NCBI RefSeq assembly: GCF_964355755.1
Contig: NC_092671.1
Location: 9,300,001-9,364,000 of the forward strand
Reading direction: 5' to 3'
DNA from: Antedon mediterranea
Taxonomy: Eukaryota > Animalia > Echinodermata
DNA: 64,000 nucleotides
Part shown: piece by piece, positions 38,289 to 51,400 of the stretch
Layout of the letters: every line of letters starts with the position of its first letter
Position numbering within the stretch: position 1 is the stretch's first letter
Notes under the pieces: generated by a model
What the model was told of the DNA's origin: nothing
The model's database searches: none
What the model saw: only the letters and a program-made list of their open reading frames with translations
Program-made: the position numbers and the translations under genes

Positions 38289-41200
38289 TTAGCTTTTCTA
38301 CATAACAGGTTTTTCAGAAATAAAGTAAAGAAACATTTTTATACTGTCATTGAGAAACATAATATTTACTGGAAAACTCGTCTCATGATCATCTACAACA
38401 TTACCTTGTTCACATTTGAAACAAAAACATAATAAACATCTTAACAATATAACTATATAATTGATTTAGAAATTATGGACTTTAAATCGTTACCTATTTG
38501 GTAGAGCAAAAATCACTTCAACTTCAATCACTGCAAATCTTTCTTCATTAAAAATGCGAATACTAATATTATAAAAGTTATCTACAATTTGTTTTTTTTT
38601 CTTAATAAATATAACATTAAAACTATTAATACTACTGGTGCAGTAGATGTTAAAACTGTCTAACGTGTTAATTAAATTTAAAAATATCAACATTTTGAAA
38701 ATATCTATTTCCCAAGAATAATATTTTGAACATATACAGATATATAAACAAATGTAAAATGCTAACTATATAGCTTGTATTTAAATTGAATCAGTATACA
38801 TGTTAAAACTGCACCCAGTAACAGAAGGAAGGAATTCAATTCGTAATTATTTAAACCAATTTTTTACAAATATAAAATCAGGCCAATTGTGGAATACAAC
38901 AAGCATTTTTAGTTTAAAATAGTTTTCACATGTTTTCCTTCAAAGACTTTTTCCATCATAGTTTGATATCCATCAACGTCGAGCACCATACATTTTACTC
39001 AAAATCGTATATTACAGTGGCGCACCATACTAAACATTTACTCGTAAAGTTTTAAGATATCAGTGTATAGCTTTACTTAATATTTGATGTATTTTAGAAC
39101 CAGTCAAACTATATATTAGTTTTGCGTTTTGCACCTCTTGCATTGATTGTAACTTATGATATAGGGCTAGCTGCATATTAGTGGCAAACCATACTGTAAA
39201 CTTTTACATTTGAAAATGGCAAGATTGTGCTTTGTCTTAAAATCATGGCACTGTATGTAATTTTTAAAATGCAATTTATTTTTCTACAAACTAATCTTAT
39301 ATCTACTCTTTGCTAAAGCCGTTCTACATTTGCATAAGCGAGTTTGATTTAAAATTTGGTACATGTTGCATAGTATAGTAATGTAAATATGTTACGAAAA
39401 AAATGTACATTAGCAACAAAAAACCTATTCCTAATCAACTATATCGATCATTTAAATCAAGCAAACTTTCCACCCCAAATATTTTTTCTATATTGCCATA
39501 ATTCGATAAACAACTTTAAAATAACATTGATAAATATATTTCAGAACAATGTTAAAACATGACAGAAAAACATCTATCTTAATAATGTTTAAAATTTACA
39601 GCAACTTTATATCGATGCCTTCAATATAGTTGTGAGTAAAAATTGTTAAAAAACCGGTTTGAATAGTTTCTGGTCAGTATTAAAAAATAGTTTTGAAAAA
39701 AAAAAAGTTTAAAAAGTATTAACATGAACCTAAAATGCATTGGTGAATGGGCATGGCTTAATTTCCGTGATAATCTTATACTTATTTTAGCAGGCTCAGC
39801 TAAACCTCATAAACTAATTAATAGTTAAATAATTTAAAATTCAAATGTTTAAAATATGCCATGTTCTTTTATAAAAGTTCACTATTCATACTGATTATAC
39901 CTAAATACAATATGCTCCTCATTAAAACGATTGCAGAGCTGAATTTATTTGTTAAAATCATTTTATAAAATTATCTAGGAGGGACACATGCTAATCATTT
40001 TGTACACAATGAGACTTAAAAAACAATGATGCAGTAGGGCATAACAAACACACAAAGTATGCCTACAAATACAGTATAACTCCTATTAAGGAGCCACCTT
40101 CGGGACCCAACAAGTGTCACCTCGATATGGGTGTCCCCTGAATATTTTGCCAGTAAATCGGTATACAAGAAAATGTCTCCTTAATAGGGGTGTCACCTGT
40201 ATTGTGACAGTTCTAACACCATGGTAGCAATATACCAATATGGTATAGATTGTAGGCATGTACATTTTTTACGCTAAATTGCACCGTTGTATTTTAGCTC
40301 ACACCGTCCCTGTATCCTTCAAATGCTACTATTACCTACTGTACATAACACCTTTCTTTTCTCTACTAACTTACTGACTACCAATCAATGATAGATTTCC
40401 TTAATGTTAAAACAATAAACAAAACATTGGCAGCCTCAATAAAATATAATTAAAAGATTTTTAAAATTAGCTGCAAGGACCTTATAAAACTTTCTCTACA
40501 ATAACCTGTATTTAAATATTTCGTCTCTATATTAATGGCATTTACTCGCATTTATAAAATTAAAATATTCTTGACATCAATTCACATTAATCAAGAACTT
40601 TATGAAATTGACTAAAATTGTAATAAAATTTAGATAAAACAATGTATTAAATAAGTAGTAGTACAGTAACATCAGACAGTGTTTGTAGGCCCCATTTAAA
40701 CTTGTGAATTAGGCTGGCCTAAGACTTGGGGTCGGCAATCGTCCAAATACTGTACAAACTTAGGCCGGCCATGGGCTGTCATTTGAAACGTAAGCACACT
40801 AGATTGGACCCAAACAATTAAATCTGAACCCGATCTCCTGGAGCGGTACAGGACCCCAATTGTAAGTGTAAATGGGATCTAATTGAGTAGTTTGTTACCT
40901 TGAGATGTTACTGGACAATCATTGGTTTACTGTATTACCCTTATATATCGAATCCACCTTTTATGCCCAAACCCAAGACATTTCAGGGAAACTTCTTAGT
41001 ATGAAGCTTACATGCTCAATTACGACATTTTCTATTATTAAATAATTTAACAGCACTATTTAAAATTAAATTAAAATGGTATAAAAGCAACAAATTTGGA
41101 TGCGACACAAAAGCCAGTCACTATCCGAGGTATAAGATCTACTTTTTGACAAGTGTATATCTGGGCTTTAAAGTTAAATTATCAAAAGAGAAATTACAAT

Positions 41201-42457
41201 TATTAGTATTGTAATGTTTTTGTTTTCTTCACCTAATTTTGACTATTATTAGCACAATTTTCAGTCTCTCTAAATCTTCCTCTGCTTACTTTGTTGGGCC
41301 ATTGAAACCCCCATACACTGATAGATTCGGACATGGCTTTTGAATTCAAATAAAATACAGCAAAATCTAACTAAATTACAGAGATGGTGTTAAAACCAGA
41401 GAAAGTAGTAATTCTTTAAACTAAACATGATCATAAACAAACATAATTTGAATTACAAAGTCTCTCTCTGAGGTTACCAAAATATAATATGTAAAATTTG
41501 ATAAATAGAAATGTTAATCTTGAAAATGGATAAATAAAATTTTCATTTTTAAATAAATCTTGTTTAAAAATATAAAAATCTAATATATCTTTAAAACTCT
41601 AAAACATAAATTAAAAGTAAATAACGGGAAAATAAATACTGTAAAAAATAATATATTTCTCAATTTTACCAAAATTAATATAATTTTGATGTGCGTAGCA
41701 ATTTCAAGCAATAACTAAATGTGATTAATATTGGAAATTATAGTGCATAAAAATACACTATATTTCTGGATTTCTATCTTAACCGAGTTTCTTATGTGTT
41801 TAATTTGAATTTATCTAAATTTTTACGCTCCTAATTACTAGAAAACCTTACTCACTACTTTGAAATGAAGCATAACCATTTCTGGAAAAAATTTGTTAAA
41901 CTTAAGCTACTTAAGTGCAATTAACATTTTTTTTCTTTCGTTTTAAAATTTAGGGTTTAATTAATATATCATTTGTAAAGGGAGTTTCCTAAAAGGTGGA
42001 CAGAAAAACCATGATAACCTCGTTGAAAATTATCACACATTGCTAAAAGCAAAAATCAAAGGCAAACAATCAGTTTTGTCTTGAGGCCTAATATTAACAT
42101 TGCTTCACTCTTTTCTAAGCAACCCAAAAAAAGTGATTTGGACAACTAGAAAATATTAAATTCTATAATTAATATCATCTACACAATAATTATTTTTTCA
42201 TTTTGTTTTTAGTATTTCCATTTTAAGGCTATATACATTATAATGTATCTTAAATACTGCTATATATATATATTTATTTTAACAGAATGTTCTTAGGAAT
42301 TGGATCAAACTTATTTGAGAAATTTGATTGGAATAATTTTTTTGTTCAAATCAATGTGAATCTTTTGTAGATAAAAATCTCAAAGAAATCATTTTTTTTT
42401 TATCAGAAAAATATTCATCTTCTGCTAATTATTGTAATGGAATATTTTCAAGGTTGT

Positions 42458-45400
42458 TTATTCGTTGAAGACCGGAAAGACTGGTTTCTGAATGCTGTCC
42501 TTAGCACGCATGCTTCTCATAAGTGGTTTGTGATATTGTAGCTCCTCTAACGAGTGTTGCCATAGCCAGCAGGAGTGGCAGTAATACTTGAAACATGCCA
42601 TCTCACGGCAGAAAAAGATGCCTGGCTGTAATTGACACATGCTGCACATTGCATCTTCCAAATAAGGATCAATTTGTACCTGTGTTGGAATTAAAATATA
42701 GATTTCTGATTGCACGTTAGTTAGAAGTTTGTGGCCATATAGAAGCGTTTATAAAGGGAGAATTTAATTTGATAATGATCAAAAAACCTTTGAACGAAAA
42801 AGGGTTTACTTTTTAATGCAGTCGTCCTACCAGGGTTGGGGTTTAAACATTTTAGAAATAGTAATTCTAGATGGCAGGAATCAATGCTAGAGAACTAGTT
42901 TTACAGATTATTTCAGCAATTTAAAGGCACAACATGATATTGATGATATCAAAACAGGAGCTCGCTTCATCCCAGAATCTGTCCGGTGGAGTTCAAGAAT
43001 ATTAATATTGTTTGAATTTTTTATTTTAATTTATATATTTAGGCAAATTGCCAAGGACCATAAGCGAATCCATTCACTATCTTTCTTAAAGGTGGCAATC
43101 CTGTTCACAAGACATATACACAAGATGCTGTACATAAACAAAGTCTAGTATTACAAGTATTTGGGAGTGGAGTTGTAAATTTGTCATTAGAAAAAAATCC
43201 CAACATGATCGGACTTGGACCAAAGACCCTTGGATTGGTAGCCAAGCATCATAACCACCAAGCTACAACTCCACTCAATAAATAATAATAAATAATAAGT
43301 AATTCTGGTATTCTTAGGCATCAATGGATGTACTCACAGTTTTTCTGAACTTATTTGTTCTTATCTCAACAAAGGCCGTCTGAACTGCTCTCATGTAACA
43401 TTTCATGTTATTAAATGTAACACGTCCTGAACCTGTATGATAATTTAAAGATTACAGTATCAAACATTTATCTAAGGATTCATTGATTGCACAAAAATAT
43501 TTAGACATGAAAATATAGATTAGATGAAACACAGTATTTCTTTCACAGAAACTCGCCTCCATAAATCAACAATTGTAATATGAAGGGAATTGCATATATC
43601 AATTACTCTATTGTATTGATGTGTATGGGCTAAGATATAAGTAAACTAACCGATTGGATATTTGAACTTGTCTGTATCTATACCAGCATACACGACGCCT
43701 CCAAACAGGTCATTCATGGTATGGGCAAGACCCTCAGCATTCATCATGCCATGCAGAGCTCCGATGAACACGGTCTTGTTAATATCCAGTCGCTGTGAGG
43801 GACATCTTGCAAAGTTGCTGTCTGCTAGAATCCAAGGGATCACCTGGATCTATGACAAAAAGTAAACAAATTGGTTAGCAAATTTAGGATGCAGCTGATT
43901 GAGTGGCTGTTGGGAATTGTCCGTTTACGAGTTTGAATTTGCCAGGCTGATGCTGCTGCCAGTGTCAATTCTATCAATTTATCCATGATCATTTCACCCA
44001 AGTCTTTTATTTTTACCAACCTACGGTATGGCTTACCTCTTTGCATCTTGCGCGCTTGCTTGCAATTTTAAAATAATATCCTCCAGTTCGCAAATCCTGT
44101 CGGCATGAAGCAAGTAAAGTCTTTACAGCCCTGTCAGATTCCAACACAATGTACACATGACCTGTAAATGCAAATCAACATTTTCACATACATTGTTATA
44201 TTAAAGCGGTAGGCATACTAAAAAAAGATGATATCTTACCTCAACAATATTATTTAAAGCAATAAATTCAGTAAATTACAATATTTTTAATATTACCCAA
44301 TTTATGCATTGTTTTTTAATTATATTTTAAGGAATAATATTAATGTAAATAAAAATACGAATTTGTGATTTGTTCAAAGTATACGGGTGATATCAAATTG
44401 AAATACTCAGAGCAATTCTCCATTATAAAAATGAAAACAAATTAAGATATAATAGTATAACAATGAATTAAATGCAAACCAACATTTTCACATACATCAA
44501 TTAAATAAGCATATGTAATTCACCCTAAATTTAGGATTTTAATCTAGAAAACTGAATGTCTTCACACCTCTGTTGATTTAAAGACATTGAAAATAATGTA
44601 TTTGAATATTTTTATTTCATCTAACAAATAAAAATGCATGATTCAGGGCTAGTAGAAAATATACTTTTTATTTTATTCTCTAGCAAACCTTGGATAGTTG
44701 TAAAAAATGCAACTAGCAAAATGAGCAACTGAATATGTAAAGCAAGCAAATTTGTTGTTAAATTTTTGCTACAAATTTTTTAAAAATTACATCAGTAAGA
44801 TTTGAACCCAAGAATATAAGCACATACTTTTTGTGTCATTAGCACAGAAAAAAAAATGATATCGTGATTCACCAGTTTAAAAAAACACCTGTTGAGAACA
44901 CTACACAACACAATTGACACTTGGTTCAACCTTGAGGCCACTCACTTTAAAGGACCCTCTCAGACAACACAATATGAATATGAACAAAAAACATTATCAA
45001 GTTCAACCACAACATACACTTTATATAGGTCAGAACCGTTTTATTAAAAATTTATCCATCCACAAATCGATATAAAATTTGTTTTTATTTCCTTAAATTT
45101 AACAAATTTATTAAAAATAATAATATAATAACAAATACAATATTACCTATTTATGTTGATTTTTATTCTGGCTAATGGCCAGATATTATTAGCTGTCTTA
45201 GTAAATGTTTAGTTTCATTTATAAACAAGAATTGCAAAAAAAACACATTAAAAACAAGGTATTACTGAATATCTAAAATGTTTTTAATATTTTTGTATTT
45301 ATAAATCACTTTGGTTCATTAAGTTAAGTTTGTATACAGTATATGGCCCCTCCTTTGGGACATCCCTAATCAGAGGACACCTAAGGAGGAAGACACATTT

Positions 45401-48400
45401 TCCCATGAAATATTGTATATATATACGTTACACCTTTATTCAGGGAACACTTTGTTGAGGGTAATTACCGTTAAATATATTGTAGATTATTGAAAAAAAA
45501 AACCAAATTACATTTTACAATCTCTTTAGACAAATAAATTGTTGGTTTACTGATCGTAAAACCAACCATTTTTCTGAGGCCTTGTCTTGTAAAGAGATGA
45601 TTTGGATATTAATATTGAAATTTAATTTACGCTGAGTAATCTTATTTTGTGCATAAAGGCTTGGTTACGGAAGTATAGTTGAATATGAGTTGAATATCCC
45701 GGTGGTTTAGAATTACTTCCTGGGAGTGGAAATTATAGGGAAGCAAGCACAAATAGGTGTTGTTATACAGGTGATATTAAAGCGGTAGGCATACTAAAAA
45801 AAGATGATATCTTACCTCAACAATATTATTTAAAGCAATAAATTCAGTAAATTACAATATTTTTTAATATTACCCAATTTATGCATTGTTTTTTAATTAT
45901 ATTTTAAGGAATAATATTAATGTAAATAAAAATACGAATTTGTGATTTGTTCAAAGTATACGGGTGATATCAAATTGAAATACTCAGAGCAATTCTCCAT
46001 TATAAAAATGAAAACAAATTAAGATATAATATAACAATGAATTAAGAATTTGCTATTAGATATTTTATCTAATACAGTAAAACCCCTATTAAGGGGACAC
46101 CTTCAGAACCCAACAAAACGTCCCTTATTGTGGTTGTCCCTTGAATAATGGTTGGCTTTAGAGTTAAACCATATTGTCCCCTTGTTTATTTATGAGAAAA
46201 TGTCCTCTAATAGGGGTCTCCCCTGAATAGGGGAGTGCCAAATTAGGGGCTTGAAAGTGAAACTGTTAGAAATCCAATTTACACTTCAATTCAATTCAAT
46301 TCAATTAAAACTTTATTATCCCCATGGGGAAACTCTGTTGGCCTTTTCAAAAGTACAGTACATACAAATATAAAATGGATACAGTACATAAAATATAAAA
46401 TACGATAAAAAAAGCCATACAAAATATACATATAAAATCCTAAAAAGTCGATTTAAAATACTACAAAAAATAAAACTAGCGCATAAAATACGATTATACG
46501 ATTATATAATGAATGATATTATCATTCATTATATAATCGTATAGCGGCAGGGACGAATGAATTGCCATATCTATTTGTTTTAATTTTTCTTTGAAGGAGT
46601 CTGTCACAACGTTGACTTTTGTTAAATTTATAGTGCAGAGGATGAGCGTGGTCTTTTAAAATAATTTTCAATTTTTTAATTACTAATTCCTTATATAAAA
46701 CTTCAGGTTGAATTTGTTCAGAGCCTACTATTCTACTGCCTTGTTTAACTATTTTATTAAGTAAAAGTCTATCTTTAAAACGTGAATTACCATAATAACA
46801 TATTAGGCAAAAACTAAGTACACTGTTTAAGATAGAAGTATAAAAAAGTTGTAAAATAGTACGGTCAATCTTAAAAGAGTTTAATTTGCGTAGAAAGAAG
46901 AGACGTTTTTGTAATTTATTGTATATGCACCTACTATTTGCATCAAATTTAAGTTTATTATCAATTTCAACCCCTAAATATTTGTAAGTTTTACACTTGT
47001 TAATCCTGTAGTCATTGTCATTGTGTCCTTTTTCTTCTTCCTTTAAAAACCATTAATATTTTATATGATTTTAAATTTCCTAAAGATGTTTGCTTCTGTG
47101 TTGCCTATAATGGACAGTGTACAAAGGCCTCAGCATTTTTAATCGCATTAGATAATAGTGAAAGTGAATGAATAACCACTTCACAAACCATTAATTACTA
47201 AAGTAAACATTTTCTTTACAGTACAATTATTAGACCTAAACTAATACTACGGTCAAATCTTTAAGCAGGACACCACAATGTAAAAGTAGTAGTATTTAAA
47301 AGAGAATTTGGCAACTTCAGAACATTCATTCTGGTTTTGAAGAATATCTGGTTTCCATGGAGGTTGTTAAGTCCGAGATTACATTCTGAGTAGTTACATT
47401 TATAAACTAATGTACAAATTAACTAAACACACAGTAGTAAAGGGTCTTTCATGGTTAAAGCATTAAATATGTTTTTTTTTGTTGGATATATGCCATTGTA
47501 ATGTCACATGATAGTTACTTCACTTTGACCAAACAATTGGATCATAAAACAAATAATTTACCTGAAAAAACTGTAATTTAAAGCAAAAAATTGAAAAAAA
47601 AATGAAAAAAGTTGAATTGGCTGCCAGCCAATGTTTTTGGTTGAATTTAACTGTTATTTTATTATTTTATAAGTTTTTTCTATGGAAGTGATGGCCTAGT
47701 CAAAGTCTGATTTTAATAATCTTTATTATTCATGTTTTTAGGGGACACTATACATCTTTAATAGTGTATAACATTTAAATAATTTCTAATATTATTATCT
47801 TTTCAAAATATGCAAGCACGGAACTTTACTACGGAAACGGCTATAAATCCAATTGCTTCTCTATAAAGGATTGAGTGTTTAATTCACACAGAAATTTGTT
47901 AGCTAAGGTGCTTTGATCCTCTATATGTGCTTTGATCAGCACATATAGAGGATTTCCTGCATGCTTTCATACCTGGCTTTCTTTTTATTGGTTAACAGAA
48001 TTAGTCCCTAAAACTATGAGCCACGGCCCAAATTTGGGTGCAGTTGGGCCGCAGGTTGGTCCCAGGAAGAGTATTTTTACAGGCCGTGAAATAAAAAGTT
48101 AGCAGAATTCTGGTTTAATGTGCTCAAAAAGTTGTCGATACCGTACTCGCTCTAATATGTGTTTGGACAATTTACACAAACAGAATTATAATAATTTATA
48201 AAAGTATCAAAATCGAACTTTAATATCAACTCTCATCTGAAAATATGAATTTAGCGTTAAAAAAAAATACATAAACGTAAAGATATTACTATGGCATTGA
48301 AACAGCCAGATAAACCATAATTGTAGAATGTTTAATCCATGTCCTTGACAATTTCTTTAAAGTTCAACATTGATGGTAATATAGCTTGTGGTCTTACCTT

Positions 48401-51400
48401 TTGGCATAGATTTGGAATTATCCTCCTTACCAGGCCAATCAACCCTCACATTTCCAAACTGACTAAAAGCAGCAACTAGGCCAGCTATTTAAGAAATTGA
48501 ATAAGAGTTTATTAGTCCATAACAATGTGGTTTAAGTAAAGTTCATTGAAATGAATGATTTTAAAATATTGCTAAAAATAGGGGAAAATGGAAAAAAAAA
48601 AATTCTTTAAAAAACCTACAGGATTTACTATTATCAGACATGTGAAATTGTATTTGCTTAATAATTTAAAACCTATTATAATATTATTAAAAAAATTAAA
48701 CTTTATTTGTTCCAAAACTAGAAGTACATGGAAAAATCGATTCACACAACAAAGCATACAGTATATAAAAAGTATGATAAAATCCGTTTATTAATATAAA
48801 ATATTTCATTATTTTAATTTATTAATTATACTCCATTGAGATCCAGTCACTGATACCAACAGCATTGTCATTTGTTCAGTAATTTGCCTTTGGATATATA
48901 TATAATTCTGTATAATTAACACTACCAAATGACTAATTATTAATAGCTCATTAATAACTAACAAAATCATTTACAGTGCATCAACATTTCAAATATGTAT
49001 TGTGCTTCTGCAAAGGTCCCAGAACGTATTAAAGAGTAACAAACACTAACAGAGTTGATCATATCACAACATGTTTTAAAAATGCACAAACCTATAGTTT
49101 CAATTTCATACTGTGTAGTAATGGGTTTTGTTTGTGTAAAGGTAAATAATCTGTATCTTGTATTATCGAAACAGTTTATGAGCGTAATTATGTTATGAAT
49201 TATATTATTACAGTGTGATAATATGTATAATTTTTTTTATCAGATTGAGTGGTTCAATTTTCACTATTTTAAGATCTACCGGATAAAATTTGATGAGGAT
49301 TTTTTAAGGTCAGAAACAGATGCAATTGTTAAGTATTTCCTGTTAGTTACTGATCTTGCAACTTTTCTAGGAATAGGGTCAATACTGATATAGATAATAA
49401 GTAAGTGATATAAATGATATACTATCATAATTTAAATTTATTTAAATTATTACAGAGTCGCACATCCTTTGATATTACTTTCACAGCACTTTTGTTACAG
49501 TGTCTAAGATCTAAACAATGTTAAAAAAGAGAGGATTTTTTTTCTTTTTATTTTGTGTTAATGATATGAATTCTTGCAAAAAATACTAATGGGCCAAATA
49601 AAATAAAATATAGAATTAATTATAATATGTATACATATTTTTATATACAAAGTATAAATCTAAATAAATGTCTAGATAAATGTATAGAACCAACTATGTT
49701 AATCATTGTATGATACAAGTCATGGTAACCTGATGCTTAGATAAAAATGTATGATTGCAATAACATGTATTGTAATCTTTTACGAGAACCTTACCTTCTG
49801 TAATATCCCATGGCACTCCTCCAATAAACACCTTACAGGAGTAGCTTGGATTCTTGCACTGTTTGGGTGGAAGTTGCCCAGTCCAGGCGAGCATTGGGTT
49901 ACATAAGGCTACAATTTAGAACATTACAACATCTTGGTCATTAATTTGAGGATTAATAATACTAATAGGCTAACTATATTGTCTCTTTCATTCTTACTTC
50001 TGTATGAACAAATTCAAATACATTTCCATGCAAGATTTTGGTAAACTAAAAAAGATAAAAATAATTATTGTGCAAAGATTCAGACAATTTTGTTACCTGC
50101 TGCATTTCTATTCATTCTTGCGAGTTTTTCAATTCCATATGGATCAGTTCCATGTCCCTTGGGAGAGTTTGTATTCTCCATTTGGAAGCTCATGGGAACT
50201 TGAGATGTGTTATAGTTGGGGATGTTATTGTTAATATAGTGCTGGGATGGATGCAGTTGTTTCTGTAGATTTGTTGCGATGGGGGCACTCATTGCAATTG
50301 GCATTTCTTGGCTCATAGTACAGGTACCAAGATGATTTGGAATGCTTGTACAGGTGGGTTGCTTTGGAATATTGCAATTCTGCTCAAGTTTGAGACTTTC
50401 CTGTAAAATATATTATAATTTTATAGCATTTTTTCACAACTTCACAAGACTGTACAAGAAAATGTTCCCTGTTCAATGTGATCTTTCACAGAGAAATATA
50501 CAGTTACAATTAATTCAATATTAACTTTATTTAAAAGTAATTGTTTTAAGTGTAATTTAACAAAACATAATATTAATTAATTAGTAGTTTATTGATATTA
50601 ATTATAATATAGGAAATGATTAAAGTTGATAAAACTACAAAGTATATTGTTTAAAAATTATAATAATAATATTTGAAATCTTACCATTTTCATCACAATT
50701 TCTTGCAAGCGGTTTATATGTAAATTGTTATTTCCCAAGCTATGTTCCGATCCCTCAGAGCCAACTCCACTTGTGTCTGAATCCGATGGACTCATGCATC
50801 TTGCACGATCCTGTTGGCTCAGTGGTGAGAAAGCAGAATCCCAAAGACTGGAAGTGTCACTTTGAGGACTGTTATGAGCACACTTTTTCTTGCACAAAAT
50901 GTCTGCTACCTCAGCATTACCAGCATCCGAAATTGATGAAAGTGAACCGTTTAAATAGCTATCAATCTTAGCCAGTGTCATCGCATCCTTTGGATTTGAA
51001 CATTGAGAGTAAGGGCTCCACATTGCTGAAGATAGCGGTGATTTTGGAATGTTAACATCATCACTTATTTGTGGTGGTGATTGCTGTATCAAAGCACTTG
51101 CCATAGTTGTCTGTTTTTGTTCAGAATGTTGAAGATCGTCTGATAAAATGTTGGTAATATTGCTTAGGAATGGAAGACAGCCAATTTCATTTAATTCACA
51201 TTGATCTGTAATATAAAAGAGAAAGGTTTCATAATGATGGTTGAACTTTTTAGCCAATTTACTTCACTTCAAACAACAATAATGAATGTGGCCTAGCTAG
51301 GAGGGCCTAGCTAGGGCCTACAATATTGGCAACTTTTACTTTACCTGGAATGTTAGATCGAAGTACAGAAGTGGCTTTTGAATCACTAACGATAGTGGTC

